64,000 nucleotides of DNA from Octopus bimaculoides (Eukaryota), in the NCBI RefSeq assembly GCF_001194135.2, contig NC_068991.1:7085615-7149614 (forward strand), read 5' to 3'. Below, piece by piece: positions 28,801 to 38,600 of this stretch; position 1 is the stretch's first letter; every line of letters begins with the position of its first letter. The position numbers and the translations under genes were made by a program. The notes below the pieces were generated by a model. That model was not told where the DNA came from and made no database searches. It worked only from the letters and a program-made list of their open reading frames with translations.

Positions 28801-29809
28801 GCTAAAATAGAAGAAATTCATCGTCCAAAATATTTAATCAAAAACTTTCACCGAAATCACGATCTGTTGTTGTTTAGCCCAAGGTCAGTCCTAAATAGGT
28901 AAACCTATAATCAAAGGCGTTCCAGCAGTGACAAATTTGTCTTTTCCTACATCGGGGACAACTTTACCTAACGTGTCCTTCGTTTACAAAAATAGTAGTG
29001 TGTTTCTGAGGGATATTTTGCTGCTATTTCTCTCGTGTCGAGTAACCATGTAGCGGTTCCTTTGTTATTCTATTTTTGATAAATGATGTGCCTGTAATCA
29101 GGATTCAAGAAAGGGATTAATCCAAGAAAAGAGCCCCATAGATCTTACCAAATTAATTTTACATATTGGAATAAGAACTTTCGTTGAGATCACTGTTTAT
29201 AAAGTTTTTATCAACAATTCTCTACCTTTAATGCAAACATGAAAATAATAATTATTGTCAGCTTTATCTATTTTAGCAATAAAAGACTGTTTTTACAAGG
29301 AGAGAATATGTCATGAACTAATTCGTACCACAACAATGTTACTAACGAATGAAGTCTTTGAAGATTGAACCTCAAAAAGTTAGATACATAGCTACATGTG
29401 ATAAAGCTTCGACCTAGTAATGTCTTCTGTTTGTTTTCATAAATTAAATAACTTTCATTAACAATGGATATATTTACCCAACTTTTTTTGATTTTGTTTA
29501 CCTTAAAAGAGATCGTAGCGAATTGATGAACATATGCAAATCGAAATTAAATATAGACAAAGATATTAAAAGTGGAAGGAATTTGCGTTTTACTTGTGTT
29601 TGTCTTAAATAATCGTAAATAGTAATTAAATGTAAATGAAATAGACACCGTTTTATGAGAAACAAACATTAATATGTTTAATCATTAATGTTATAAAGTT
29701 TTATAAATATAAACTGTGCTGACAATGGGAAAGATATGACCTAACAGGCGAAACAAATAACAATTGCAGCTGACAGGTTCTACACTCAATCAAATACATT
29801 ATCAACACG

Positions 29810-29859
<50 letters not shown>

Positions 29860-29981
29860 GCAGTCACCAGCAACTTTTACTTTAGCAAATAAAAACAAAT
29901 AATGTGAAAGAAAATATAAAAGTAAGGCTCTTGCCTCTGGTTAATGGGCCTCACACGGACGGCTACTTTAACGGACGTCAT
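538..29981 (-). CDS. KIF16B: Kinesin-3 motor KIF16B-like, 5' part (20 coding exons, 557 codons: motor domain, neck, FHA); gene continues left of window
   Basis: Exons join in consistent phase with GT-AG sites (intron 1 GC-AG). Motifs: [13 protein letters not shown]-loop GQTGSGKS, switch I SSRSH, switch [18 protein letters not shown], plus KIF16B-typical [28 protein letters not shown] and FHA ...[11 protein letters not shown]. Confidence 0.93.
905..1313 (-). mobile_element. SINE family B ((GAT)n tail, RTE-like 3' end); other copies near 6123, 9431, 11840, 13320-13878 (+), 14827, 38915, 43545, 46085 (+), 63940
   Basis: Multi-copy, high identity within window: TTTAACGTCCGCTTTCCATGCTAGCATGGGTTGGACG... 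Confidence 0.8.
1928..2065 (-). CDS. KIF16B: KIF16B exon 19 (FHA)
   Basis: (V)[45 protein letters not shown]; 138 nt. Confidence 0.92.
2263..2500. mobile_element. TTAA-flanked (piggyBac-like) MITE, uninterrupted copy
   Basis: TTAACCGTTTAACATT ... AATGCTAAAGAGTTAA; homologous to 7793-8372. Confidence 0.7.
2826..2877 (-). CDS. KIF16B: KIF16B exon 18 (FHA start)
   Basis: [17 protein letters not shown]; 52 nt. Confidence 0.9.
3089..3211 (-). CDS. KIF16B: KIF16B exon 17
   Basis: [41 protein letters not shown]; 123 nt. Confidence 0.93.
3837..3896 (-). CDS. KIF16B: KIF16B exon 16
   Basis: [20 protein letters not shown]; 60 nt. Confidence 0.92.
4875..4928 (-). CDS. KIF16B: KIF16B exon 15
   Basis: [18 protein letters not shown]; 54 nt. 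Confidence 0.88.
5040..5125. repeat. Degenerate 18-21-bp tandem repeat, about 4 copies
   Basis: TCAACTTGYTTAG(AG)CTCA variants. Confidence 0.6.
5573..5647 (-). CDS. KIF16B: KIF16B exon 14 (neck coil)
   Basis: [25 protein letters not shown]; 75 nt. Confidence 0.93.
6353..6450 (-). CDS. KIF16B: KIF16B exon 13
   Basis: (T)[32 protein letters not shown]; 98 nt. Confidence 0.95.
6848..6961 (-). CDS. KIF16B: KIF16B exon 12
   Basis: (A)[37 protein letters not shown]; 114 nt. Confidence 0.95.
7560..7660 (-). CDS. KIF16B: KIF16B exon 11
   Basis: (S)[33 protein letters not shown]; 101 nt. Confidence 0.95.
7793..8372. mobile_element. Same MITE family, 5'-truncated, interrupted by a Helentron-type element
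   Basis: Colinear with 2263-2500 on both sides of the insert; ends AATGCTAAAGGGTTAA. Confidence 0.7.
7890..8252 (+). mobile_element. Helentron-associated (HINE/DINE-like) non-autonomous element
   Basis: 5' hairpin ACCTCTGCC-ttagcgaa-GGCAGAGGT, 3' subterminal repeat TTGGCGAAGG, stem-loop GCACTC-tct-GAGTGC, no TSD. Confidence 0.7.
8445..8512 (-). CDS. KIF16B: KIF16B exon 10 (switch II)
   Basis: [22 protein letters not shown](S); 68 nt. Confidence 0.95.
8923..8995 (-). CDS. KIF16B: KIF16B exon 9 (switch I)
   Basis: (R)[24 protein letters not shown]; 73 nt. Confidence 0.95.
9866..9935 (-). CDS. KIF16B: KIF16B exon 8
   Basis: (E)[22 protein letters not shown](R); 70 nt. Confidence 0.92.
10771..10889 (-). 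CDS. KIF16B: KIF16B exon 7
   Basis: (S)[39 protein letters not shown]; 119 nt. Confidence 0.95.
11703..11755 (-). CDS. KIF16B: KIF16B exon 6
   Basis: [17 protein letters not shown](S); 53 nt. Confidence 0.92.
12536..12568 (-). CDS. KIF16B: KIF16B exon 5 (33-nt microexon)
   Basis: [11 protein letters not shown]; CAG acceptor, GTGAGT donor. Confidence 0.92.
13088..13204 (-). CDS. KIF16B: KIF16B exon 4 (P-loop)
   Basis: [39 protein letters not shown]; 117 nt. Confidence 0.96.
14081..14200 (-). CDS. KIF16B: KIF16B exon 3
   Basis: [40 protein letters not shown]; 120 nt. Confidence 0.93.
14385..14700 (-). mobile_element. tRNA-derived SINE family E; other copies near 4310, 16520, 24970, 25640, 40290, 49490
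   Basis: Reverse-strand A/B-box head (TGGCTCAGTGG...AGTTCAATTCC) and CAGCTGAGTGAACTGGAGCAAC core. Confidence 0.7.
18119..18379. mobile_element. hAT (Charlie-like) MITE
   Basis: TIRs CACTGGTTCTCAACC / GGTTGAGAATCACTG; degenerate 8-bp flanks CCTTATCT / CCTTAGTC. Confidence 0.55.
18759..18828 (-). CDS. KIF16B: KIF16B exon 2
   Basis: (R)[23 protein letters not shown]; 70 nt. Confidence 0.92.
19960..20280 (-). mobile_element. L2/CR1-group LINE 3' fragment
   Basis: YYSGLCS...P..HLCP..H..CV...PR..NYFTHSF and (frameshifted) [10 protein letters not shown], resembling the C-terminal RTSxLWNSLP motif. Confidence 0.5.
20446..20812 (-). mobile_element. Second copy of the Helentron-associated element
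   Basis: Reverse-complement homologue of 7890-8252 with ACCTCCGCC-ttagcaaa-GGCGGAGGT. Confidence 0.7.
26276..26653. other. Identical 184-bp duplication either side of a 10-N gap (probable assembly overlap)
   Basis: 26276-26459 matches 26470-26653, separated only by Ns. Confidence 0.8.
26760..27140 (+). mobile_element. Penelope-like element terminal-repeat fragment (boundaries approximate)
   Basis: Inferred from the minimal hammerhead it contains; no RT/GIY-YIG ORF recognised. Confidence 0.45.
27015..27060 (+). ncRNA. Minimal type I hammerhead ribozyme motif (Penelope-like element type)
   Basis: GACAC-CTGATGA-A-GGCTGG...TCAGCC-GAAA-CGTT-GTGTT: both catalytic boxes, stem II, 5-bp stem I, palindromic AACGTT replacing stem III. 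Confidence 0.8.
29935..29981 (-). CDS. KIF16B: KIF16B exon 1 (start codon; GC donor)
   Basis: ATG at 29981-29979, [15 protein letters not shown](R); 47 nt ending AG|GCAAGA. Confidence 0.93.
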
Positions 29982-30400
29982 TTTGGAAGAACGAATTAAT
30001 AATCAGCGATGAAAAACATGGATATANNNNNNNNNNNNNNNACAGCTTTAATAGAGATTATATACAGAAAGAGAGAGAGAGATACAGAAAGAGAAAGAGG
30101 GGGAGAGAAAGAGATAGAGAGAGAAAGACGGGGAGAGAGTTTCTGTGACGGGCTGTAAGGGAGATAACTCCATTGCCTAGCTGTAGGTTGTCTTTACAGC
30201 AAAAGGGTAACAAAGGCAGATTATAGAGAGAATAGTTTTACAAGGATGGAGAACGGAAACAAATGAGCTAAACTCTGTTCCTTGGAATTCAATTTCCCGA
30301 TTCTACATTCGTCTCACTTTACCACGTCCCTAACAAACACCTGAACGTCGCAAAAAAAAAACAAAAAAACGAAAAGACACCTCCATTTCACTATCTTACT
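29982..30400 (-). promoter_or_regulatory. Probable KIF16B 5' UTR/promoter region
   Basis: Directly upstream of the ATG; SINE-free, CpG-retaining, GA-rich; TSS not determinable and a small N gap is present. Confidence 0.4.
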
Positions 30401-31374
30401 CTATTGTGTCTGAGTGAAAAAAAAAATCAATATACTTAGTTGATTTATTTTGCTTTAAAACTAAATAATGAAGACTGTCACTAATTAAAAGTCTCTTTCA
30501 GCTGAATCAGGAAGTTAATGAAAACAAATTTACAATGAACAACTGGGTTAAAAAGAAAAACTTGAGAGAAAGAGAGGTGGGCGTGGGGAGAGAGTCTTCA
30601 GTTATTTTACTGACATAATAGCGAATTGATTGATCAGAAAGTATCAGCAGGAGAAACCGTTCTTTAATGCAAGTTGCGATTACATTCACAAAGAAAGTTA
30701 CTAAAATAATTTGTGGAAACATTAAAAAGATATAAGCAATTAGAGAACAGAAAACTGACTCTCTGGAGTAAGTAGAAAAATAATTGTTACAGAATAAGCC
30801 AATAGAAACCAAAGTATAAGTCTACAATTAAAGTCGCTATTTTAAAACTTTTATTTCAAAAACCACTTAACAATTGTGTCAATGTAAGCAGAGATGTTAT
30901 ATGAATAAAAACAAACAAATCCTGTATTTCAAACTTTGTTCATAAAACATTCTACAAGAAAGAAACACTTCATTTAAATTACTCCCCTCTTCAATAATGA
31001 GGTTATAAAATGTCACGTGAGCACTCATATCTGGGCTAAGCATACGTGTAGCAGAAACAGCTTTAAGCTAATGAAAGTGATTTTGTAACCCCTGACAGCA
31101 GCGCTGGATTAACCATTAAGCAAAATAAGCACCTGTTTAGGGCATCAAGGGAGGTGGGAGCACCACAGAAATGGTAAATGGTTTACGGCACCAAAGAAAT
31201 CACTTTAAACTTGCTAAAATAATATTCGAAAGTGGTTTATATGATCGGAAATATAAATATAAATATATAAAAAAAGCCAGAGGAGTAACAAGAAGCTGGG
31301 TGTTAGGGGGATGGGATATGAGGAAATTCATGGTGGAACAGAATACATTATAAGAATGCTTTTTGGCAATCATC

Positions 31375-32585
31375 ATTGCTGTTATGGCTGGGTTTTCTTG
31401 AGCACAGGGAATTGCTAATAACCTTAGTCCTTTGTCATCTCCACCGTGAGGCTCAGCATCTTAAGATCAGCCTTCACTACTTTATTCCATGTTTTCTTGG
31501 GTGTCCCTCTTTCACAATTTCCATCCACTTTAAGTGACAGGCACTTCTTTGTGTCGCTGCCCTCATGGATACCTATCATATGGCCAAACCAACAGCCTTG
31601 TACACTACATTTGATAGATCTTACTTTAGCATTTTGTCTTACATGCACACTGTTAATCTACATCCATTGGAGCATACTGGTTTCATTCCTCTCTAGTGTT
31701 TGCATGTTCTCTGCATTCATGGCTTATGTATAACTATCATAGAGAATTGTTGTTCATACACAAGCATTATGCAATCTGCTTTTCATTCTGAGAGAGAGAG
31801 AGATCCTTTGTTGCCAACAGAAGTAATGATAATCCAAGCTTTCTTCACCCTATTCTTTTCTAGCAATTTTACTTTCAACACTTCCTCCTCCACTATTAAT
31901 TAGATTCACCTGGGTAATTGACACTACCCATTACCTCTAGAGATCCTCCAAGGCATTCAAGAAAACCTATTTCTTTTGTATTCTTAGCATTTATAGCTTC
32001 AGCACATCTTGCACATACAAACACTACTTCCTCTGTTAACCTTCCCATGATTCCACTGCAACTATGTGTTCATAGTTTGCACAAGGTACATCATATGGAA
32101 TTCCTGCCTACACTTTTCCTACATATCGAGCAAAGCTAATTACCAGAGGGGAACGAGGTCCTGTCTGTTTTTTTTTGGCTTACTAGAACTTTGGCCTTCA
32201 TTAAGTTATTGTTAAGACTCTTTGATTCCACACCTTGGATTTCTTTTCTAATTCTAAAACTCTGCAATGAGGAAAAGCCACATAACAGTTGCCAGGGGCA
32301 GCCAGTCTTGAATTCTTCTATTATGGTCTGAAAGATAATGATGCATAGGAGGGAACTGAGATTACCTGCACTCTAAACTCATCGCTGTATTCATGGTTAA
32401 CCCTCACTTGTCAATACTCTTGTTCATGGCTTGTATGGCTTTCACAAGCCATTTGTCTACTTCTAGTTTCCTCAGAGACAACCAGATCACAAAGTGTAGG
32501 ACTTTGTCCAAGGCTTTCTCCAAGTCAACAAATACCAAGTACAATGATTTACTTTTAGCTAAATACTTCTGCAGCTGTCTCTCAA
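31375..32585 (-). mobile_element. Decayed RTE-clade LINE, RT and 3' fragment
   Basis: Minus-strand RQLQKYLAKSKSLYLVFVDLEKALDK (RT), Cys-rich CSIC...CTLC...CARC segment, and 3' WFGH...ERGTPKKTWNKVVKADL; stops and frameshifts. Confidence 0.82.
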
Positions 32586-33253
32586 GATAAATAGTATCAG
32601 TAACACAACAAAGCCAAACTGCATTTCATTAAGTCTGGCTACGGGGAAATATCACCTTGCTTGGAAACAGATAGGAGTATTTGGCAACAGGAAGGGTATC
32701 TGGCTGCAGAAAATGTTCCTCCGTAAACTCTGAGTCTAACCCATGCAACATGAAAAAGTGAATGTTGAAACAATGATGACGATTACCCAATTTGTACTGT
32801 TTTTTTTTCATATTTATTTATTTAAATTGTGATTTTGAGCAAAAATCTATTGATGCTTCTGATAGTCAAATTCTTTCTCACTTCACTTGTATGGAGGTTT
32901 TCAATTTCAAGTCATCACTGCACATGGCTGTGTGGTTAAGAAACTGGATTATGTTCCAATTAAGCTGAAAAACTTGAGAAAATTAATGAATTGGTGATTG
33001 GTTCGTTACTAGATTATAATGGTGCTCACCTTTCAAAGAGAACTATCAAACCACCTGAAATACTTGATTTGTGACTTTATTATTATTATGTTAAATTGTA
33101 TAATCATAAAATCTAATTCCAGATTAAAGTTATACAATTGCTGTTAACTTTTACTAATTTTACAATTTCATATTTCATTGTTTTTCTTTTCCTTTATTTT
33201 ATTTTTTAAAGGAGGGTGAATGCAGTGATTTAATGTTCCTTTAAAAGTTGATG

Positions 33254-33368
33254 TGTTGTGTAGTCGGCGAGTCCACTCTCTTACTTAAGCAGAACGTTGA
33301 GTTGCGAGTGTCGTTCGTTGAATAAAGTCTTTAGTATATGGGATCACTTGTTGCTACTTCTTACAACA
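33254..33368 (+). mobile_element. Possible short solo LTR
   Basis: TGTTGT...ACAACA termini, internal AATAAA (33321-33326), CpG-rich in AT-rich context, flanks GATG/GATA. Confidence 0.4.
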
Positions 33369-35374
33369 GATACATAATCAAAATCAATACAAACAAGCTC
33401 CTCAGGCATGACATGAAACAACTCAGGGGGAAAAGAATACTATCAGGGAGCAAAAACAACATTGCAATGAAGAATTGTTTTCGAACCCTATTAGAAAATG
33501 TAGTTTAAGAAATACACCCCCAGTGAACATTCGAGCAGTCATTCTTGATGCTTTCAAAGAAGCTTTTGAGTAAACAGTTGGGATGATAGTAAAGAAGAAA
33601 AAAAAATCTTTTGAAAATCATGGATCAGTGAAGAGTTAAAATGTTTCAATAAACAACAGCATAAGCAATCACCGAACTAAATAACTAAACTCCAAATGAT
33701 AAACATGTATGGCTAAAGATATAATGTCAATGGTTTGATGAATTCATTTGTTTGCAAAGCTAAAGAAATGCTTAAACATTTGAAATATTTCCAGATTTCT
33801 TTCTTCCCCCAAAGCAAAACATTTACTCATTAGCAATAAACAGAAATATTGGAAAGAGTGAAACACTCTTCAGCAAACCAATACTTATACCATATTTACA
33901 AGCAGTGTCCTTAATTAAGATGGTATTTCTATTAATCCCTGAAGCAAATCAAACATGGATAACTGCTGAATTGTTTCTGTTTTATAGGGAAGCAGCTTAT
34001 ATGTACTGTATATTATATCATGAACATTGAAGTGAGGCTTGTAAGTCTAACATTTTAGATCGTGGGTTTGTAATTCTGTTCACCAGAATGCATAAAAAAA
34101 ATTATCTCAAGATTCCTTAAAAGAAACTGGATTTGATTTGGTACAGGTACTGCAGGTATATGCTATACAATGTCTTCTTGGGAAGGTGACTGAAACAATC
34201 TAAAACATTGTTCGCCTTCTTAAACTATCATAAAGTATCTGTTATGTTAGTCTCACACACAGTTGCTTGATATAAGTAAAATGGGCTTTCTAATACATAC
34301 CTCACTGTTCCAACTATTGTATTTGTACCAGAAAGATATCATGCAAAGATATGGTACCAATACTGTTGAATTGTCAATATTAAAAGGAATTAAACAAAGG
34401 TAGACCACATCACCTTCCCTTCTCAATATTTAGATCAGGAACCTCTATATGATGTTGATATTATGTTGATAAGACTTTCAGACAATAAACCTAAAGGATG
34501 ATATTCATTAGGTAAATGACACTGCACTAATCAGCCAGAATGTTGAGAAATGATTTTGCAGACATAGTGAACATTGTTTGCGATTAGTAGCTGCCAATTC
34601 TATGAAAATAAATGTCAAGCCAGTAATACATCAAACTCCCTCGTGAGAATCAAATAAACAAGAATATTCTCATTTCAAATGATTAGGTTCCACTAAAACC
34701 AATAATAGAAACTGTTTAATAGATATTTCTGCTTGTACACTTATAACAAAAAAGAAAATTCCTAGAGTCTGAAAACAAAAACTATGGAATAACTTATATA
34801 GAGGTGCATGCCTGGACATTTAATACATGAGAAAGATGCAAAATGTAATCTGTTGAGTTGTGGAGAAAGATGTTATGTATCTGCTTGCAGGAAAAGAGCA
34901 CAAATGACAGCATACTGGAAGAACTTGCATCTACTCTTAATGGGTACATATGATGCCCCTTTCTTGGTGTTGGAAAAAACAGCAACAGAACATCAAAAGG
35001 GGAAGGCTTACACTCAGTATATGGTCAGCATATCTTGATAAGATGTAGCTAAATAATGATCAACATTGCAAAACAAGTCAAGAGTGCAACAGGCAGTGAG
35101 TGTACTAGTGTTGTGTAGGTAGAAACAGCAGAAAAACAATAGTCAGTCAGTTGGTATGCAGAGATGATTTATTCTTGTTTATCTCAATTATGTTTTTCTA
35201 GTTGTTCTTCTTCAGTAATCTACTGGTTTGGTTTCACTTGAAGAGCTTTTAGACCAGCATTAATGAAAATATGAAGAAATGCAGAAGATCATGATTACAA
35301 TGGTATCAAGTTGAAAATAATTCATACAAGTCCAAAGGCTTAATTGCTTTTACATCACCAGAAATAACTTATTT

Positions 35375-35698
35375 TCACTTGTTTACAGAAGCGAGAACAT
35401 CTGAACTTTGTAATAAGGATATTTTGGTTTTTGGTAGCATGGCTTTTAGTTTGTCATTTAATTGCCTTATGCTTATGTCATTTGACAAGTTGGTCTTGTT
35501 GGAAAAATTTTGATCATCTAATGAGAGAAAAGGAATTAATTCCATGTTACTTTGAGAGACGTTTTCAAATGCATTCATTTCAGTGTCAGTCAAATTTTGT
35601 GTTTCACAGATCTTATTTCGGACAATACCCCATTCCAGAAACTTCAGATTTACAAGTTTTGTCACCAAGGCAAATGTGTTGCTGTTTATCACGGCAGG
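35375..35698 (-). CDS. MBD/F-box gene last exon (final LRR + stop)
   Basis: PAVINSNTFALVTKLVNLKFLEWG...LASVNK*; 324 nt. Confidence 0.85.
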   Translation of the reverse strand, partial: PAVINSNTFALVTKLVNLKFLEWGIVRNKICETQNLTDTEMNAFENVSQSNMELIPFLSLDDQNFSNKTNLSNDISIRQLNDKLKAMLPKTKISLLQSSDVLASVNK

Positions 35699-38600
35699 CT
35701 GACAAAATAAAAAAAATGTAATAAATGAAATGAAAATACAGGCACAGAGAGAAAGAGAGAGAGAGAGACACATACACACACACACACATACAATGAGTGA
35801 TTCAAAAGTCCCTTTAAAATATTAGTTTCAAATTTTGGCACAAGTCCAGAGACAACTTCTTGCCTTCAGTTCCAACAGACCAGCAGAGTCTGACCAACAG
35901 CAGAGCCTTCCAAGCAATCAATGGACTGATTGGCCACAGCTGGACACACTGTGCCATCTTCTCCCATGTGATGTCCTTCGTCATCACTGACAACAACAGA
36001 CAAAATAGTAGTAATAGTAGTAGTAGTATTGTTTTTAGTACAACTCAGCTGAACTGAAAGCTCAAATTTAAATTGCAAATTCCTAAAACTATATCTATTC
36101 CAAGTATACAGTAATGTTTATTCACTTCTTGTACAGGGGTGAGGGGTGGGAGTTTCTGCCTTCCTTTTGCAAGAAATCAATGAACTTCACTGACTAAAGG
36201 AATCTCGGCATCGTTCTGAACCAAGGTTTTTAAATATGTAATGTCCACTGCCAAATAACAAGCACTGACCTATGGTAAATAAATGGAGGTATAACATGCA
36301 GGTGGTGAATCTCCCCTGTTGAGGGGGGAGAGAGAGAGAAACGGAAAGAGAGAGAGGAAACAAATAGAGAGGAGACACAGAGAGAGGATGCAAAGACATA
36401 GAGAGCCCTAATGTTCTCACCTGATGAGTTGTGTCCGGCCAAATCACCAATTTTGAAAGATTAGTCAGTGGACTAAGTTTAGTGTGCAATTTGTCAGATA
36501 TGACAAAGAGCATTAGTTCAAGTTCTCTTAAACTGAAAGAAAACAAAAAGTGATCCAGTTAAGTATTTGAGTCCCTTCAACTAAAACCCACCCACCCACA
36601 AAACTAGGCCTCTTTTTTTTTAAATATTGAATGCAAGTAACCAATGTACTATTTATAAATAACATGGTCCCGCATCACAAGAATCAAAATCACTCATTAA
36701 AAACCTTGTTTTAATGACTGAATACAGTAAAGACACACAATTATAATTCTTCTATCTCCTAATTATGTGTCTGCCTGTAACTAATTTGTTGATATCATGA
36801 TTATATTAAATAATGAGCAATTTTCTTTTTCATTGTATATCAGTTTAAATTCTGGCCTATGTTTAACTAATATCATATCATCATCCACTTTTCTATGCTT
36901 GCATGGGTCTGATGGAATTTGTTGAGGGCAGATTTTCTATGGCCAAATGCCATTCCTATCACCAAACCTCACTTGATTTCAGGCAAGCCAATATTCCAAA
37001 GGGCCAGAAATATATTTCCCACAGAATGCTGGAAACAAACAATATTGCTTGTATGACAATGATGCTCATTTACAAATATCATGTGATGTCAGTACATATA
37101 TACTGGACTGGGTACACATACATACATGAAGGGCTTCTTTCAGTTTCCACGATTAAAAAAAACTAAAAAATTGGTTTTCCCAATCATGTGGAGTTCACTG
37201 AATGGTACCCTTGAGGAAGTGTTTTCTGCTATATCCTCAGAACAACCAAAGCCTTGTGAATGGATTTGGTAGACAGAAACTGAAAGAAGCCCATCATATT
37301 TGTGTGTGTGTGTGTCTGTTCTCTTGTATTGATTTTATGTGATTGTTGTAAAAGCATCATCATCATCATCATATAAGCTATGTTGTCCAGTTCTCCAGTG
37401 AAAAACATGTCCAGTTATAGGGAAATATTACCTTACTTGGAAACAAGTCAGGGTTGGCAACAGGAAGGGCATCCAGCCATAGAAAATATGCTTCAACAAA
37501 TTCTGTTTGATGCGTGCAAGCATAGAAAAGTGGACATTATGATGATGATGATGATAAATATATTTAATATAATTCTGAATGAAGTACAATAAATGCTACT
37601 CACCATTTTAAGTTGCCCAATGCCTTTGCCAAGCTGACATCATTTAAATTACCACCAAGTTCAAGATGAAGTCTTTCAAGATTCACAAGTTTACCTAACT
37701 GGAAATATGTCTATAAAAAAGAAGTGAATAGAATCCATTGAACAGAGGATAAAATTTGATATTTGCAAAAGAGATTTCATCAGTAAAAAAACATCATTGG
37801 TTGAGTGGAGATAAGTTAGATTTTGATATTGACCTCTCAGGTATTTGTGTCCATAGATTTATTAAAAGTTAAAATTTTATTAATGCCACAAGTTCAAACC
37901 CTAACACTGAGATCATCATCTAAGCAAGTACGAGTTGTAAAGTGATTTCAACAACTTGTTAGAAATAGCAGCTAAGTCTCCTTCAAATCACACCTTATCA
38001 TTTATAAACAAAAAAAGGACAAAAGGACATCAAATAGTGTAGGCCTTAAATCACTATGTGTGTGTATATGCATATATATAGATATACTTTATTTAAAAGC
38101 AGCTGCTTTTAAATAAAGCATATTACTCTACCTCTGGTATTTGAGTACTCTTTTTTCCACCTTGTTGCACATTTCATGTGCTNNNNNNNNNNNNNNNNNN
38201 NNNNNNNNNNNNNNNNNNNNNNNNNNNNNNNNNNNNNNNNNNNNNNNNNNNNNNNNNNNNNNNNNNNNNNNNNNNNNNNNNNNNNNNNNNNNNNNNNNNN
38301 NNNNNNNNNNNNNNNNNNNNNNNNNNNNNNNNNNNNNNNNNNNNNNNNNNNNNNNNNNNNNNNNNNNNNNNNNNNNNNNNNNNNNNNNNNNNNNNNNNNN
38401 NNNNNNNNNNNNNNNNNNNNNNNNNNNNNNNNNNNNNNNNNNNNNNNNNNNNNNNNNNNNNNNNNNNNNNNNNNNNNNNNNNNNNNNNNNNNNNNNNNNN
38501 NNNNNNNNNNNNNNNNNNNNNNNNNNNNNNNNNNNNNNNNNNNNNNNNNNNNNNNNNNNNNNNNNNNNNNNNNNNNNNNNNNNNNNNNNNNNNNNNNNNN

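Noticed and set aside
36421-36460. Second CTGATGAG hammerhead-like box (also CTGATGA near 6506)
   Set aside because: No stem II followed by GAAA; the 36421 case is simply antisense to a coding exon.
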